A DNA stretch of 64,000 bases, taken from NCBI RefSeq assembly GCF_963921235.1, contig NC_086097.1:208632001-208696000 (forward strand). The letters run 5' to 3'. The position numbers and the translations under genes were made by a program. The notes beneath the pieces are model-generated. The model did no database searches and had not been told where the DNA came from. It saw only the letters and a program-made list of their open reading frames with translations. Of the stretch, positions 38,376 through 52,062 are shown one piece after another; positions within the stretch are counted from its first letter, which is position 1; every line of letters begins with the position of its first letter. Source of the stretch: Mobula hypostoma. Taxonomy: Eukaryota.

Positions 38376-41300
38376 ATTGCCATTCACAGGTGCATTGACA
38401 CCATGAAAAAGAAAAAAAAATATGACTACACCTTTGCACCTTTGGGTTTAGATATAAAATAAAACTTATAATTCTGTAAGGGTAAACATACTATTGGATC
38501 TAAGTAAACTTTAAAAATTGAAGATAATGTTGATTTCACGTTAACCTTCCCTCTGTAATAGAACAGATTAATTATGCATTGTAAATCCCCACAAACTAGA
38601 ATCGGATAATGACCAGAGATTTTTAAGATTATGCAATATCAAATGTTGTAGTATTGTGCTATTGAAGAAATACATACCGCTCTCAAACAACCCCAGTCTA
38701 ATAGATCTTTCCAAGTACCAAAGGTAATCCAGGCTAATTTTTTTTAAATTAAAGCCAACTGCACATTCTATTATATACTTTCTCATACCTTATTCAGCCT
38801 GCAGACCATCCAGAATAATATCAAAAATAACGTTGACATATTTAATTAGATTGTTTTCCTTCATTTTTATATAGTAACAATACATGTAGTCTTTTCAAAT
38901 ATATAACTAACAGGTCTATTTTGGACATTTCATTTTCATTATGCTAGTTTATTCATTAATCTCAATAATAATAGAGTAAACAGTAAACATTTAATTATAT
39001 ACTCATATATAATTAATAATATATTTGTTTATTCCTTATGCCCAATTACAGATTTACAGACAATTAATCAGGAACGTTACTGACCATATTTATTTATTGC
39101 TAGTAGCTGATTATCTGCATGTGAATCCTGTACAATGGGAAATCCTTGATTTTTACATAGCCACCCTCTGCTCATGCCCATACTGATTTTGTTAGGTTGC
39201 CATTGCAGGCTTCCCTCCCTTACCTCAAAGCCCTGCAAACCCATTTCACTTAAGTAGGAATGTTTGAAGTGAAGTACAACACAGTACCTTTTGTCAGTTT
39301 CAAGGACTTTATTATTTTCTTTTTTTTTATGTTCTTAAAGCCTCTTGGAAAAAGCGGTCTTCTTCTACTGATTTATGGGAATCCTCTGCCATTGGCTTCT
39401 CAAAATGAGGAGGAAAATTTGGACAGGGCACTGAGAACTCATGTTCTTTTGCTGGGAGTGTAAGGTGTCTTAGCAAAATATCCACCTGTTTAGAAGTGCC
39501 TTTCCTATCTGACCACATTGTCCATCTTAGAATCCAATTGGAGTATAAATAAATTGAGTGTAAATAAATCAACAATGATGTGGAAAGGTGAACAACTGGC
39601 GTGCCACATGGGTGGCCTTAAGTATGGATATGTACAGACTATAAGGGAAAGTATGTAAAGGATGGAAAGTTATGGAATGGTTTATTGTATGTAATTTATT
39701 TTTGAATAAAGTATATTTTGAAATAATAAATAAATAAATTGAGGGGTGTTAATACACCTTGTTCAATCTCCAAAAATGGTGCTCTGGTGATATAATTACC
39801 TGAACTTCATGATATATTTAACAAAATGTGAACTGATAGTTGAAAACCAGTAAGAGATTACTATTTCAGCAGGACAGCTTCTAAGCAGAGAACCAGTGTT
39901 AACATTTCAGCTAAATCTGGATTTGTGCAACTTCTGCAACAACATTTTAAGTTCTGAAGGCCCATCTGAGCAACGGCTTTAATGAATATTAACTAAAGCT
40001 TTCCAACAAATGAAACATTCCAGCTGTGAGTAGTTTTAAAGTGGAACAAAGTTCTACTTTACAGTCTTTGTACCTGCGGGTAGGGTTCTACAGTAATAAA
40101 GTCTTGGACCTGATGCATCAGTTCTATTGTGTTTATGCAAACTTTATGTCAATACTTCATGGTGGAAGTCAGTCCTGTATAAAACAATGGTGCTAAGCAT
40201 ATTTAAAGAGATGGCAATTAATCCCTGATACCATTCCCTAGATTAGAGATTGTTTGAAGTCTCACCTAGGAACAATCCTAATTTCCATAAAGTCTATAGA
40301 AAATACACAAGCACTTCATTGCTTTTTTAAGGTAATCAATATGGTAACACTTTCAATAAAAAGGAATAGTGCTGTAAAAAAGGTGTCTTTGAACTTCTAA
40401 AGATCAATTTACACAAAATAAGATAGGGATATTTTGTGTGTTTTTACTGCACTTGCATTATTGCTTGGGAACTGTCATGTTTATACAGCAATAGGCAAGG
40501 TATTGTTCCACACAGGATAGACTGTGAGAGTAGACTTCATTATTGAATTACATCCCCAAGGACTCATGGTGAAAAGTAAATGTGAAAAAGTGAATCTTAA
40601 TTAATGCAGAGAATGAATCTGCAATCACTCTGAAATCAATGCATCTTCAGCAAAGGAAAACTTTAAGGGATAATGTTTCCTTGGGAACATTGGATCAAAT
40701 TTCCCAAAACAGAGTGTGAATGCAAGATATACACAACGGATTACGATATCTTTGTAAAATGGCAAGAGAGGAAAATAAATTTGGAGTGTGAGTTTGTTCC
40801 CCAGAACACCACTTGTCTTTTCCATTAACAAAAATTGACTGAGAGCAGTATATTGCAAGCTTTTTAAAAAAAATTAGAACTAGAATCTCAGTGTTTGCAA
40901 ACTTCCCCTTTTCTAGACTTTCTTGTTTGGAATTGTAATGGTGCTAGAAATACTTAAGTAAATGATGTGCCAAAACTATATTAAAAAACTGTTTCATGTA
41001 CTAATGAAGAACAACTAAGGGCAATTTGCAAAGAAAGTAGCAGACACTTGATCAAGGAAGATTGTTTACATTTGATCACAAAATAAAAAGAAACATTTTC
41101 ACTGGTTTCAAGAGGAAAAGAATATCATCGAATGTTAAAATAAAGTTTGAGCTCTGAATTTAAAAAATAACATGAAGAGGGCTATGTTAATTCTGATTAT
41201 TCTAACTGCTGTGAAATATTTACATCAGCAAACAGAAAATGAATTATATGAACATAGCTCTTCTTGATAACCTCAGATAAGGACTGACTAATGAAGCTGT

Positions 41301-41636
41301 AGAATCAGTGGGAATGCTATTAAATTCTTTAGGCAGTTATATCGTATTCATTTCTTTGTGAGATTCTGAGCATTGTCTGTCATGTCTAAAGGGAAATATA
41401 ATTAATTATCTAAATTTATAGTTTTCAACGCATTTTGTTCCAAAGACGTAGCTTAAAAATATTAAATTAAATGGAATTTTGATTACTTCCAGGGACTCAC
41501 ACATCAAAGACTTTTTGTATTTCCCTAAATTCTCAGTTGACCATGTCTATCCCATTTCTGTGTTTCTCCTCTTCCACCCTCCTGAAAACATGATGTTACC
41601 TTCCACATTCTTGTCTTTTATTCAGCAAAATTCAAT

Positions 41637-42483
41637 ATTGAATTGAATAGAATTGATTTGATTACGTACATCCCATGATTCCCATGATTCAGGATATTTA
41701 CAAGGACAGGTGTGTAAAAAGGGTCCGAAGGATCATTGGGGACCTAAGTCACTCCAACCCCGATCTATTCCAGCTGCTACCAACTGGGAAGTGGTACCGC
41801 AGCATAAAAGCCAGGACCAACAGGCTCCGGGACAGCTTCTTCCACCAGGCCATCAGACTGATGAACTCACGCTGATTAGAGTGTACTCTATACTACATTG
41901 ACTGTTCTACTTATTATAAATTACTATGATTACACATTGCACATTTAGATGGAGACATAATGTGAAGATTTTTACTCCTCATGTATGTGAAGGATGTAAG
42001 AAATAAAGTCAATTCAATTCAATTTAATTCTTCATATACATGAGGAGTAAAAAATCTTTATGTTACGTCTTCATCTAAATATGCAACATGCAATTTATAG
42101 TAATTTGTAATAAATATTATGTACAACAGGACAGTCAGTATAACATAGAAATACAGTTGTGCAACATGAATTAAGCAGTCTGATGGTCTGGTGGAAAAAG
42201 CTGTCCTGGAGCCTGTTGGTCCTGACTTTTATGCTGTGGTACTGTTCCCCAGATGGTAGCAGCTGGAACAGTTTGTGGTTAGGGTAACTTGAGTCCCCAA
42301 TGAGCCTTTGGGCCCTTTTTACACACCTGCCTTTGTAAATGTCCTGAATAGTGGGAAGTTTACAATTACAGATGTGCTGGGCTGTCCACACCACTCTCTG
42401 CAGAGTCCTGCAATTGAGGGAAGTACAGTTCCCATACCAGGCAGTGATGCAGCCAGTCAGGATGCTCTCAACTGTGCCCCTAT
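41637..42483. mobile_element. Two same-subfamily Rex1-like 3' fragments nested in opposite orientation
   Basis: Minus copy (41637-41673 and 42030-42483) is interrupted by a plus copy (41674-42029); ORFs 41675-41875(+) and 42095-42394(-) are closely similar. Confidence 0.88.
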
Positions 42484-42580
42484 AGATGATATATCACCAC
42501 ATCTGATGACCAGCAACTTCTCTGCAACAACTTGGTTCCTAAACCAACTGGCAAAACCCTATTACTATAGTTTAACAATA

Positions 42581-43112
42581 CAGGTTAACTCCTTATCGAA
42601 AAACCCTGATACCTGAATTTTTGTGCTGACATGATGTTGCAAATGAAAATTCCACAAGACCATGGGAAGGTTCTCAGGCAATGTGCAGGTCTCTGTGCAC
42701 CACAGACAATTCTGAGAAGTGATTTCACATATTTAATGAAAAGAAGTTATGAAAAATAGAAAACAAAGATCTTGATTGTATGTCAATTGTGTCTAGATTA
42801 AGAAAAGGCATGGCATTAAACTTTTAAAGTGTCTGCTGATCACAAAAATCTAGCACCAGAACAAGTCTATGATGCCAACTGTTCATATACCTTATATATC
42901 AGCATTAAATTTTTCATGTCTCCCTGATGAAAATCTAAGACCAGAACAAGTCTATATATGTGTCTATACAAGTCTATACAAGTGTAAGACAAAAATTGCT
43001 TATCAGCAGCACATAATTGGAAATGATAGGGATCCCAAGCAATCTCATTATATATTCCAAAATCCAAAACACTTCTGGTCCCAAACATTTCGGATAAGAG
43101 GCACTCAGCCTG
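42581..43112. mobile_element. Non-autonomous pogo/Tigger-like DNA transposon
   Basis: TA|CAGGTTAACTCCTTATCGAAA...TTTCGGATAAGAGGCACTCAGCCTG|TA termini; no ORF. Confidence 0.82.
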
Positions 43113-43853
43113 TACTATTACGACTGATCACTTTGCACAAAAATGGACTTCGTATTACCTTCTTATTGTGTTTGCTTGTAACAATTGTGTAAATTTTAAG
43201 TTTTCCTTTTTAATGCTGCTTATATGATGCTGTGTACATGTGATACTGCTGCAAATATGTTTTCAAAATATTCATATTTTGAATCAGAATCAGATTTATT
43301 ATCACTGATTTATGAAGTGAAGTGTGTTATTTTACAGCAGCAGTGCAGTGCAAAAGCATTAAAGCCACCATAAATTACAAAACTAAATATATATTGCAAA
43401 TAATGAATAATGAGGTGTATTTATGGGTTCATGGACCATTCAGAAATTTGATAATGGAGGGGAAGAAGTTGTTCCCACATACAGTGGTGCTAGAAAGTTT
43501 GTGAACTCTGTAGAATTTTCTCTATTTTTGCACAAATATGACCTAAAATGTGTTCAGATCTTCATGTAAGTCCTAAAACTAGATAATGAGAACCCAATTA
43601 AATAAGTAACACAAAAACATTATATTTGTTCATTTATTTATTGAATAAGAAGATCCAATATTACATGTAATTGTTGGAAAAGGTATGTGAATCTCTGGGT
43701 TAGTGCTTTCTACAAAAGCTATTTGGATTCAGGTCTTTGAATCAATGAGATGAGATTGGTGGTGTGGGTTGTAGAATGGCCCTACCTTATAAAAAGGACA
43801 CATGAATTCAGGTTACTGAGAGAGCCTCAAGAAAGATCTGTTTATGTGCACCA

Positions 43854-44856
43854 TCCCTCGATCAAAACAACTTTCTGAGGACCATAGGAGAAGAATTGTA
43901 GAGATGCATTAAGCATTTTTAAAGACCTGAGTGTTCATCAGTTCACAGTAAAGAGAAATTGTCTACAAATGGAGGAATCTCAGTACTGGCGCTACTCTCC
44001 CTAGGAGTTGGCAGCCTGCAAAGATCACACAAAGAGTACAACATGCAATGTTGCCGGAGGCAAAAAAGAATCCTGGGATAACAGAAAAAGATCTGCTGAA
44101 ATGTCTAGAACTTGCGAAAGTCTCTGTTTCTGTTTCCACTGTAAGAAATACACTGAACAAGAATGGTGTTCGTAGAAGGACCCTATGGAGGAAGCCACTG
44201 CTCTCCAAAAAAAAAAATTGCTGCATGTCTCAAGTTTGCAAAAGCCCACCTGGATGTTTTACAACACTTCTGGGACAATGTTCTGTGGACAGATGAGACA
44301 AAAGTTTAACTTTTTGGCAGAAATGCACATTGCTATGTTTGGAGGGAAAAGGGCACTGCAAACCAACACAAAAACCTCATCCCAACAGTAGAGTATGGTG
44401 GAAGGGGCACCATGGTTTGTGGATACTTTGCTGCCTCAGGGCCTGGACAGTTTGCAGTCGATGACGGAACAATGGATTCAAAATTGTATCAAAACATTTT
44501 ACAGGAGAATGTCAGGATAGCAGTCCGTCACCTGAAGCTCAACAGAAGTTGGGTAAAGATTCAAAAGACAAGAGTAAATCACAACAGAATGGTCTAAAAA
44601 GAAGAAAATTTGTCTTTTGAATGGCTGAGTCAAAGTTCTGACCTTAGCCTTATAGAAATGCTGTGGAAGGACCTGATCCAAGCAGTTCATACAAGGAAGC
44701 CCACCAACATCCCAGAGCTGAAACAGTTTTGTAAGGATGAATGGCCTAAAATTCCTCCAAGCTAATGTGCAGCACTGAACACAGTTCCTGGAAACACTTC
44801 GTTGAAGTTATTGCTGTACAGTGTGGGGGTGGGGAGGAGGGGTCACACCAAATTTC
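43854..44856 (+). pseudogene. Tc1 transposase pseudogene (frameshifts, lost ATG)
   Basis: PRSKQLSED..RRIVEMH, STVRNTL, RKPLLSKKK, VLWTDETK, MVCGYFAASGPG, MDSKLYQNILQENV and WLSQSSDLSLIEMLW across frames. Confidence 0.9.
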
Positions 44857-44941
44857 TGAAAGCGAATGTTCACAAACTTTTTCCAACAAATTCATGTAAT
44901 ATTGGATCATTTTGCTCAATAAATAAATAAATGAACAAGTA

Positions 44942-45001
44942 ACACACACAAAATGCTGGTGGAACACAGCAGGCCAGGCAGCATCTATAGGAAGAAGGAA
45001 G
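44942..45001 (-). mobile_element. 60-bp PLE-terminus micro-insertion in the right Tc1 TIR
   Basis: ACACACACAAAATGCTGGTGGAACACAGCAGGCCAGGCAGCATCT..; 13-bp TSD AAATGAACAAGTA (44929-44941, 45002-45014); absent from the left TIR. Confidence 0.9.
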
Positions 45002-45369
45002 AAATGAACAAGTATAATGTTTTGTGATAGTTATTTAATTGGGTTCTCTTTATCTTTAACTTTAGGACTTAGGTGAAGATCTGATCATATTTTAGGTGAT
45101 AGTTATGCAGAAACAGAGAAAATTCTACAATGTTCACAAACTTTCTAGCACTACTGTAACTGCATGTTGATCTTCAGATTCTTGTACATCCTCTTCATGT
45201 TGCTGACTTGGGTGTGAAAATCAATGTTTATAAATTTATAGAAATGGAGAAATGGAGAAATTTACAGAAATGGAGATGTGGTTCATAGTGATGGACTTCA
45301 CAGTGCATGTAATGTTTGGTAGAATGGGCAACTGATGAATGCAACAAGATGCAATAGTACATTCTAGTA

Positions 45370-48300
45370 GGACGAACATCTCAATTCACAGGATGGATTG
45401 AACTGCTGATTGTGAAAAGGCAAAAGTTGGAAGTGTATGTTTCATGATAAACTCTCTGTGGTGGTTTTGTTGTACTCTTGTTCCCCCAGCCTTGAACACC
45501 AAATGATGAAATGCTGACTGTTCTGTCTACCAAAATATTTCTCCTCCTCAGCCTGACTCCAATCTATATACCACTATTGGCCAGCTGTAATCAGGCACAT
45601 GAGATACTGCATATTGCCATCATCGAACAACAAACAGTCCATCCTGATGCATTTCAAATCATGATCAGGGATTCCAATCAGGCTTGTTTGAAGAAATCCC
45701 TACCCTACTACCATCAGCATAGAAATCATAAATACACTAGACCACTGCTATACTAAGATAAAGAATGCCTACTGTTCCATGCCTGGATTGCACTTTGGGA
45801 ACTTTAATTGATGGGTTGTCTTTCTACCTGCATACAGGCAGAGGCTAAAGGCTCCAAAAGATTTTGTCAGCAAAGAGATGGTAGTGGGAGGCAGAGGAGT
45901 GGCTATGGGATTGCTTTGAGTCGGTCGGTGAGTTGGGCTGCCTTCAAGGACTCATCTGTGGATCTGAATGAATACACCACGATTGTCATGGACTTTTAAA
46001 AACAAACAAATGTTTCCCCACAAAATCATTTTGTCTGCCCCAACCAGAAGCCCTGGATGAACCATGAGATCCGCAGTCTGCTGAGGGCCAGATCAGAGAC
46101 ATTCAAGTCTGGCAAACAAGAAAGTTGCAAGAGGTCCAGGTATAGCCTCCGGAAATTCATCTCACGGGGATAAGTAGCAACTTTGGACTAAACTTGAATG
46201 AATGAAGGACGTTCGACAGCCATGGTAGGGCTTGAATGCTATCACCTCTTACAATGTGAAATAAAGCAACATAGGCGACAACGACAACAGGGCTTCGCTC
46301 CCGGATGAGTTCAATGCCTTCTACGCTCGCTTCGACTGTCAAAACTTGGAGGAAACATTAAGAACTCCCAAAGCCCCCAGTGATGCTGTGATTTCAGTCT
46401 GTGGGGTTGGTGTGTGAACATTCTTCAGGAGGGTGAAATGTCAGAAAGCACCTGGCCCAGTAGGAGCACCTGGCCAAGTACCAAAGACCTGTGCTGATCA
46501 ACTGGCTGAGAACTTCAACCTCTTGCTTCTGCAGTGTGTGGTACCCGCCTGCTTCAAACAGGCTTCAATTATACTGGTGGCCCAAGAAGAGCATGGTGAC
46601 CTGCGTCAAGGACCCAGCCGTACTTACATCCAGGGTGATAAAGTGTTTTGAGGGGCTAGTAATGGAGCATATCAGTTCCTGACTGAGAAGCAGTTTTGAT
46701 CCACAGCTGCTTGCCTACTGGTGCAACAGGTCCACAGCAGATGCCACTTCTGTGGCCCTTCATTCAGCCTTGGAACATCTGCAGAGCAAAGATGCATACA
46801 TCAGGATGCTCTTTCTCGACTACAGCTTGGCATTCAATATGATCATCCCCTCAAAACCAATCAACAAATTTCAAGACCTTGGCTTCAATATCTCTTTGTG
46901 CAATTGGATCCTCGATTTCTTCACTTGCAGACTCCTGTTAGTTCGGATTGGCAACATCTCCACAATGATCTCCATCAGCGCAGGACTGTGTGGTTTGCCC
47001 CAAGCTTCACTTGCTTAACACTTATGACTGTGTGGCTAATCAGAGGTCCAATGCAATATTTAAGCTTGATGGCATTGCTGTTGTCAGCAGAATCAAAAGT
47101 GGTGGCAAATCAACATATAGGAGGGAGATTGAAAATTTAGCTGAGTGGTGCCACAACCTCTTAGTGTCTTATAAAATTGCTTATAAAGTTAAATCTAGCA
47201 AACACAAGCAACAGCAGGGCTTCACTTCCAGATGAGCTCAGTGTCCTCTATGCTCGCTTTGACTGTCAAAACATGGAGGAAGCATCACAGACTCTTGCTG
47301 GGTGGTGCTACTAGTCAATACCTCTTACTCAATGTCAGCAAAACCAAGGAGCTGATTATTGACTTCAGGAGAAGGAAACCAGAGGCCCATGAGCCAGTCC
47401 TCATCAAAGAATCAAAGGTAGAGAGTGTCAGCAACTTTAAATTCCTCGGTGTTATTATTTCGGAGGACATAAGCATAATTATGGAGCAAGCATTGCAGCG
47501 CCTCCACTTCCTTCGGAGTTTGTGAAGATTCTGCATGACATCTAAAACTTTGACAAACTTTTATCGATGTGTAGTGGTGAGTATTTTGACTGGCTGCATC
47601 ATTGCCTGGTATGGAAACCCAAATGCCCTTGAATGGAAAATCATACAAAAAGTAATGGATATGGTCCAGTCCATTATGGGTAAAGCACTCCCCATCACTG
47701 AGCACATCAACATGAAATACTGCTGCAGGAAAGTAGCATCCATCATCAGGGACCTCTACCACCCAGGACTGTGACACTGTAATTTTTCTTGGGATCAATA
47801 AAGTATCTATCCATCCATCTATTAATATTTCATTGGTTCTGTTATGGTCATTATTCTTTAGGTTTATTGAGTATGCCTGTAAGAAAATGAATCTCAGGGT
47901 TGTATATGGTGACATATATGTACTTTGATAATAAATTTACGTTGAACATTGAACTTTGAATGACAGCAATACCAAGGAGCTGGTTATTGACTTCAGAAGG
48001 AGGAAACTGGAAGTTCATGAACCAGTTCTCACCGGGGAATCAACGGTGGAGAGGGTCAACAACTTTAAATTCTTCAGTGTTGTAATTTCAGAGGACCTGT
48101 TTTGGGCCCAGCACGAAAGTGCAACTACAAAAAAAGCATGGCAACAACTCTACTTCCTTAGGAGTTCGCGAAAATTCAGCATGACATCTATAACTTGGAC
48201 CAAATTCTATAGATGTGTGGTGGAGAGTATATTGACTGACTGCATCACAGCTTGGCATGGAAACTCCCATACCCTTGAATAGAAAATCCTGCAAAAAAAA

Positions 48301-48655
48301 ACTACTGGATATGGTCCAGTCCATGACGGGTAAAGCCCTCCCTACCATTGATCACTTCTACGAGGAGCGTTGTCGCAGGAAAGCAGCATCCATTATTGGG
48401 GAACCCCCACACAACCACCCAAGTCATGCTTTTTTCTCACTGCTGCCATCAGGAAGAAGGTGCAGGAATCTCAGGACTCACAGCACCAGGTTCAGGAACA
48501 GTTATTACTCCTCCACTTGTCCTGTTGGCTGTTGTTTTTCATGAAGTATATTGTGTTTCCCGTAGTTATTGTGAATGCCCACAAGAAAATGAATCTCAGG
48601 GTTGTTTATGGTAAGATATATGTACTTTGACAATAAACTTACTTTGAACTTTGAT
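45370..48655 (+). mobile_element. Cluster of co-oriented degenerate Rex1/Babar-like LINEs
   Basis: EN/RT relics at 45370-47160; 3' portions at 47320-47955 and 47960-48655 (KTKELIIDFRR, FKFLGV, FYRCVVESIL); TTTGAAC-type tails. Confidence 0.85.
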
Positions 48656-49089
48656 GGCTTCCAACTAGAAGAAAATGTATCATATCATCTACATTCATCA
48701 AGTTCTCTCTAGCATTTTTTTTACATATTCCAAAGGGACAGAGGCAATGGGAGCAGCAACCAATTTTTTTTAAAATATTGAATATTGGAGATCTTTATTT
48801 CTTAAGAAATAGATTTACATCGTAAACAGCAAGGAATAATCAAGTACCTCCACAACTTCTAAAAGCAGAAAGTGAGTATCAGCAAGGGACATTCAAACAG
48901 TTCTCTGAGCCTGCTGGGAAGAAAGCATATATCCCTTGATCAGAAAGATGTGAAGATAAATACCCAAACAGAAAATAAAAAGATAGACACAAGCTGCTAG
49001 AACTTAATTAATCAGGCAGCATCTGTGGAGGCAATGTTTTGGGACAAAATCCTGCATCACGTTCTACCCGGAATGAGAAGGGAATATAA

Positions 49090-49720
49090 CACAGAGGATG
49101 CAGAGGGCGAGGGAAGAGGACCGGGTCGAGACAACAGAGACTTATGGAGAAGAGGAGTTCGGTGGGTAATAGAATGGACGAGTTCACGGCGCTAGCCAGG
49201 TGGCAGAGAACATTTTGGGAGTGCAGTGTTGTGTGTTTTACTGGGGCTGCACGAGGACATGCCCGATCAAAACTTGTCCATGGACAGCTTCCAGACCGTT
49301 TGGGCTGACCTGAAGTGCACTGAGAGTAGTACGCGTAAAGGAGTTGGGGGCTTACTGTTCTGGTTAACAACGGATGGTGTAATCTGGGTCATATTACGAT
49401 CGAGGAATGTGTCTGTAGACCAGATATTGAACTTTTTGCTGTTGGACTCCAGCCATATTCCACCGAGATACAACACTGGGCGGCACAGGAGGTTGTTCCT
49501 GCCTGTGGCCATCGAACTTTTCAGCTCCTCCCGTGGAGGTTCAGACACCCTGAGCCAATAGGCTGGTCCTGGATTTATTTACATCTGGCATAGTTTGCAT
49601 TTTGTTGTTTGATTGTTTGTGGTTTTTGTATTGCTATATTTATGCTCTATTCTTGGTTGGTGTGGCTGTAACAAAACCCAATTTCCCTCGGGATCAATAA
49701 AGTATATCTATCTATCTATC
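49090..49720 (+). mobile_element. Internally deleted Rex1/Babar-like element (endonuclease start joined to 3' end)
   Basis: MDEFTALAR, ECSVVCFT, SMDSFQTVWAD, RKGVGG and PDIELFAVGLQPY are followed at about 49460 by PPRYNTGRHRRLFLPVAI, the 3' UTR and (TATC)n. Confidence 0.75.
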
Positions 49721-52062
49721 TGCATTCAATCATGATGATGCCATTAAGCAGGTTTGCATTTAGTAGCTTTAGAATCCTATTGATTGAAATCTGGTGTCCA
49801 GATTTACTGAGGATATAAGGCAATATCAGAGTATTTGAGAGCGAGGAAGTTGTAATCCAGAACTGAATTTGGGATCTCCTCTTGGTAGATAACTTTGCAT
49901 CAATCCTTGGAGTCACTTATTATGATCGATTACCAGGACCTCTCATAAGGCAGCATATAATCAAAGCTCTGACATTATGGAACATTTTTACAAACATTCA
50001 TAAATGCTCAATCTGGAGAAACTGGAGTAATGCTGGAGCAGTCACCACAGGGAATAACCAGAGGGCCTATTCAGGAGGCAGTGGATGAGTCAGGAACCAT
50101 CTGGCAGGTGGAGTTGTGGCCATTGCAGGAAGGTTCCCTCTCACGTATTGAGATCTACTCCTACAATTGTGCCAAACACTGACTGACTTTGTTAAGTATT
50201 GTTTCACCAGTTAAGTTGGTGAAGGACTCTCTCATTATCTTCTTTTCACAGAAATTATATGTTATCAAGCCAGTATACCTTAAAAATCAGAGTATAAGCA
50301 TTCTTGATTGTTTATCCACCTATGATTTTGTTTCGTTAGTTCTCTCTCTACTAGTAAAGACTGGCCTCTCAGACATATCTCACAGCATTGTGATTAGCAG
50401 TATTTAACACAAACAACACAGCATACACTGCCTTGAATTGAAGATATTCCCTTTATTCTAGCCACCTTTTTTTTACCTTCTCTGCAACTGCAACTAACAT
50501 CGATTCAGTGAGTCATCGAATTTTGCAGCACAGAAACAGACTGTTTTGTTCATCTTGTCTATCCATGCTAATACCATTTGCCTGTGTTTGGCTCATAACT
50601 CTCTAAATCTTTTCCATCTAGATACCTGTCCAAATGGCTTTTAAATGTCTTAATTTCATGCACCCCTACAGCCTCCCATAGAAGCCCGTTTTATATCCCT
50701 ATGACACGCTCTGTGTAAAGCAGGCCCCTCAGATCTACTTTAATTCTGGGAAAAGGAATGTGACACTCTATCCTAACCGTGCCCCTCATAATTTTATAAA
50801 AGTCTGTAAGTTCTCCTCTTGGTCTGCTGGCAGCAGAGCCTGGTCTCCAGTTGTCTTGTTGTAGTTATTCTGTCAAGCCCATGTGGTTGTTTATGCAGAA
50901 AAGCTATCCCACCTTAAAATAAGTCGTGCAAGGAAAATATGTTGTATACATTGATGCCCACTGTAGCTCCTGTTTTCAGGGTGTATGCCTGAAGTGTTCG
51001 ACTTTAAGCTAGCTGCTCAGAACTGCGCTAACTGCAACCTACCTTTTTCTTATATATCAAAATAAACTTTATCCATAATAAAGATTATTTACAAGAATAA
51101 ACTGTGCAATGCCTTTTCATTCTTACATTCATAGTCAATGCTTTCATTACTGCTCTGTGACATTCCTATACACCAATCCCACTGGGTGCATTCTCCTAAT
51201 GCCACAGGACTCCTCACAAAGGCATCTCAATGCCAGTGCCTCTGCGTCTTCTTGAGGAATGCCTATGTGTTTTGCTGTTCAAGCAGTCGCATTCCTATGT
51301 ACGATGTCATCCTGACAGTGCATGACCACTTGTGTCACTCCTGCCAGCTTTTCAAGTGTTTGAACTCTAAAATGCCCAAACAACTCCATTAATTATTTAT
51401 TAAATATTTATGCAGCTTCCTGAGTGACCTTTACTAAATTCACCCTGGAAACTAGCTTGAAGTGACCTTCTTTGAAGATCTATTTGTTGATAGATTGGAT
51501 AGGCTGTATTTGATAATGTGCTGGATCAGATACCGTTGCTTTGTATGCAAATATCCACCTCTTGTAAACGTACATCCTTTCTAACAAATTTTGCACAACC
51601 TAAATGTTTTCATGGATTTTTGCGGATGAACTTTTGCTCAATTTTTGTTCCTATTCTGTAGCAACATGTAACAGCCGGCTTTTTATTCACAAAGGTTCTT
51701 TTCAGAGTTAAAGCAAGCTGTTTCCATTCAATTATAACCAGGTCAGTTGCACATGCGTCAGAAACACTCTGTAATGATAAGGGATTATTTGGTGGACAGA
51801 GCAGAGGATGATCTTGATGAAATGCAACATCTCCACAGACCACTGGGAGTCTCTGGCCCGTGACCTCTGTTTTCCCTAAACTGCTCTGGAGCACAGCCTC
51901 GCAGTAACAGAAACGCTCCCATGCAGATAGCCTCTGCTGCTGCACAGCTGGAATTTTCTTAACATTTAATCGTGTAAAATGTCATGCAGTTTTCATCCCG
52001 TGTATAATACCATGCTCAGATCAATGGTTAGTTCGCGCAGCTGTGAAAAAGATTAACAGGAA

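Larger units (their letters stand above)
43482..45156 (+). mobile_element. Full-length decayed Tc1-family (IR/DR) transposon
   Basis: TIRs of about 210 bp starting CAGTGGTGCTAGAAAGTTTGTGAAC; TA TSDs at 43480-81 and 45157-58; transposase relic inside. Confidence 0.95.
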
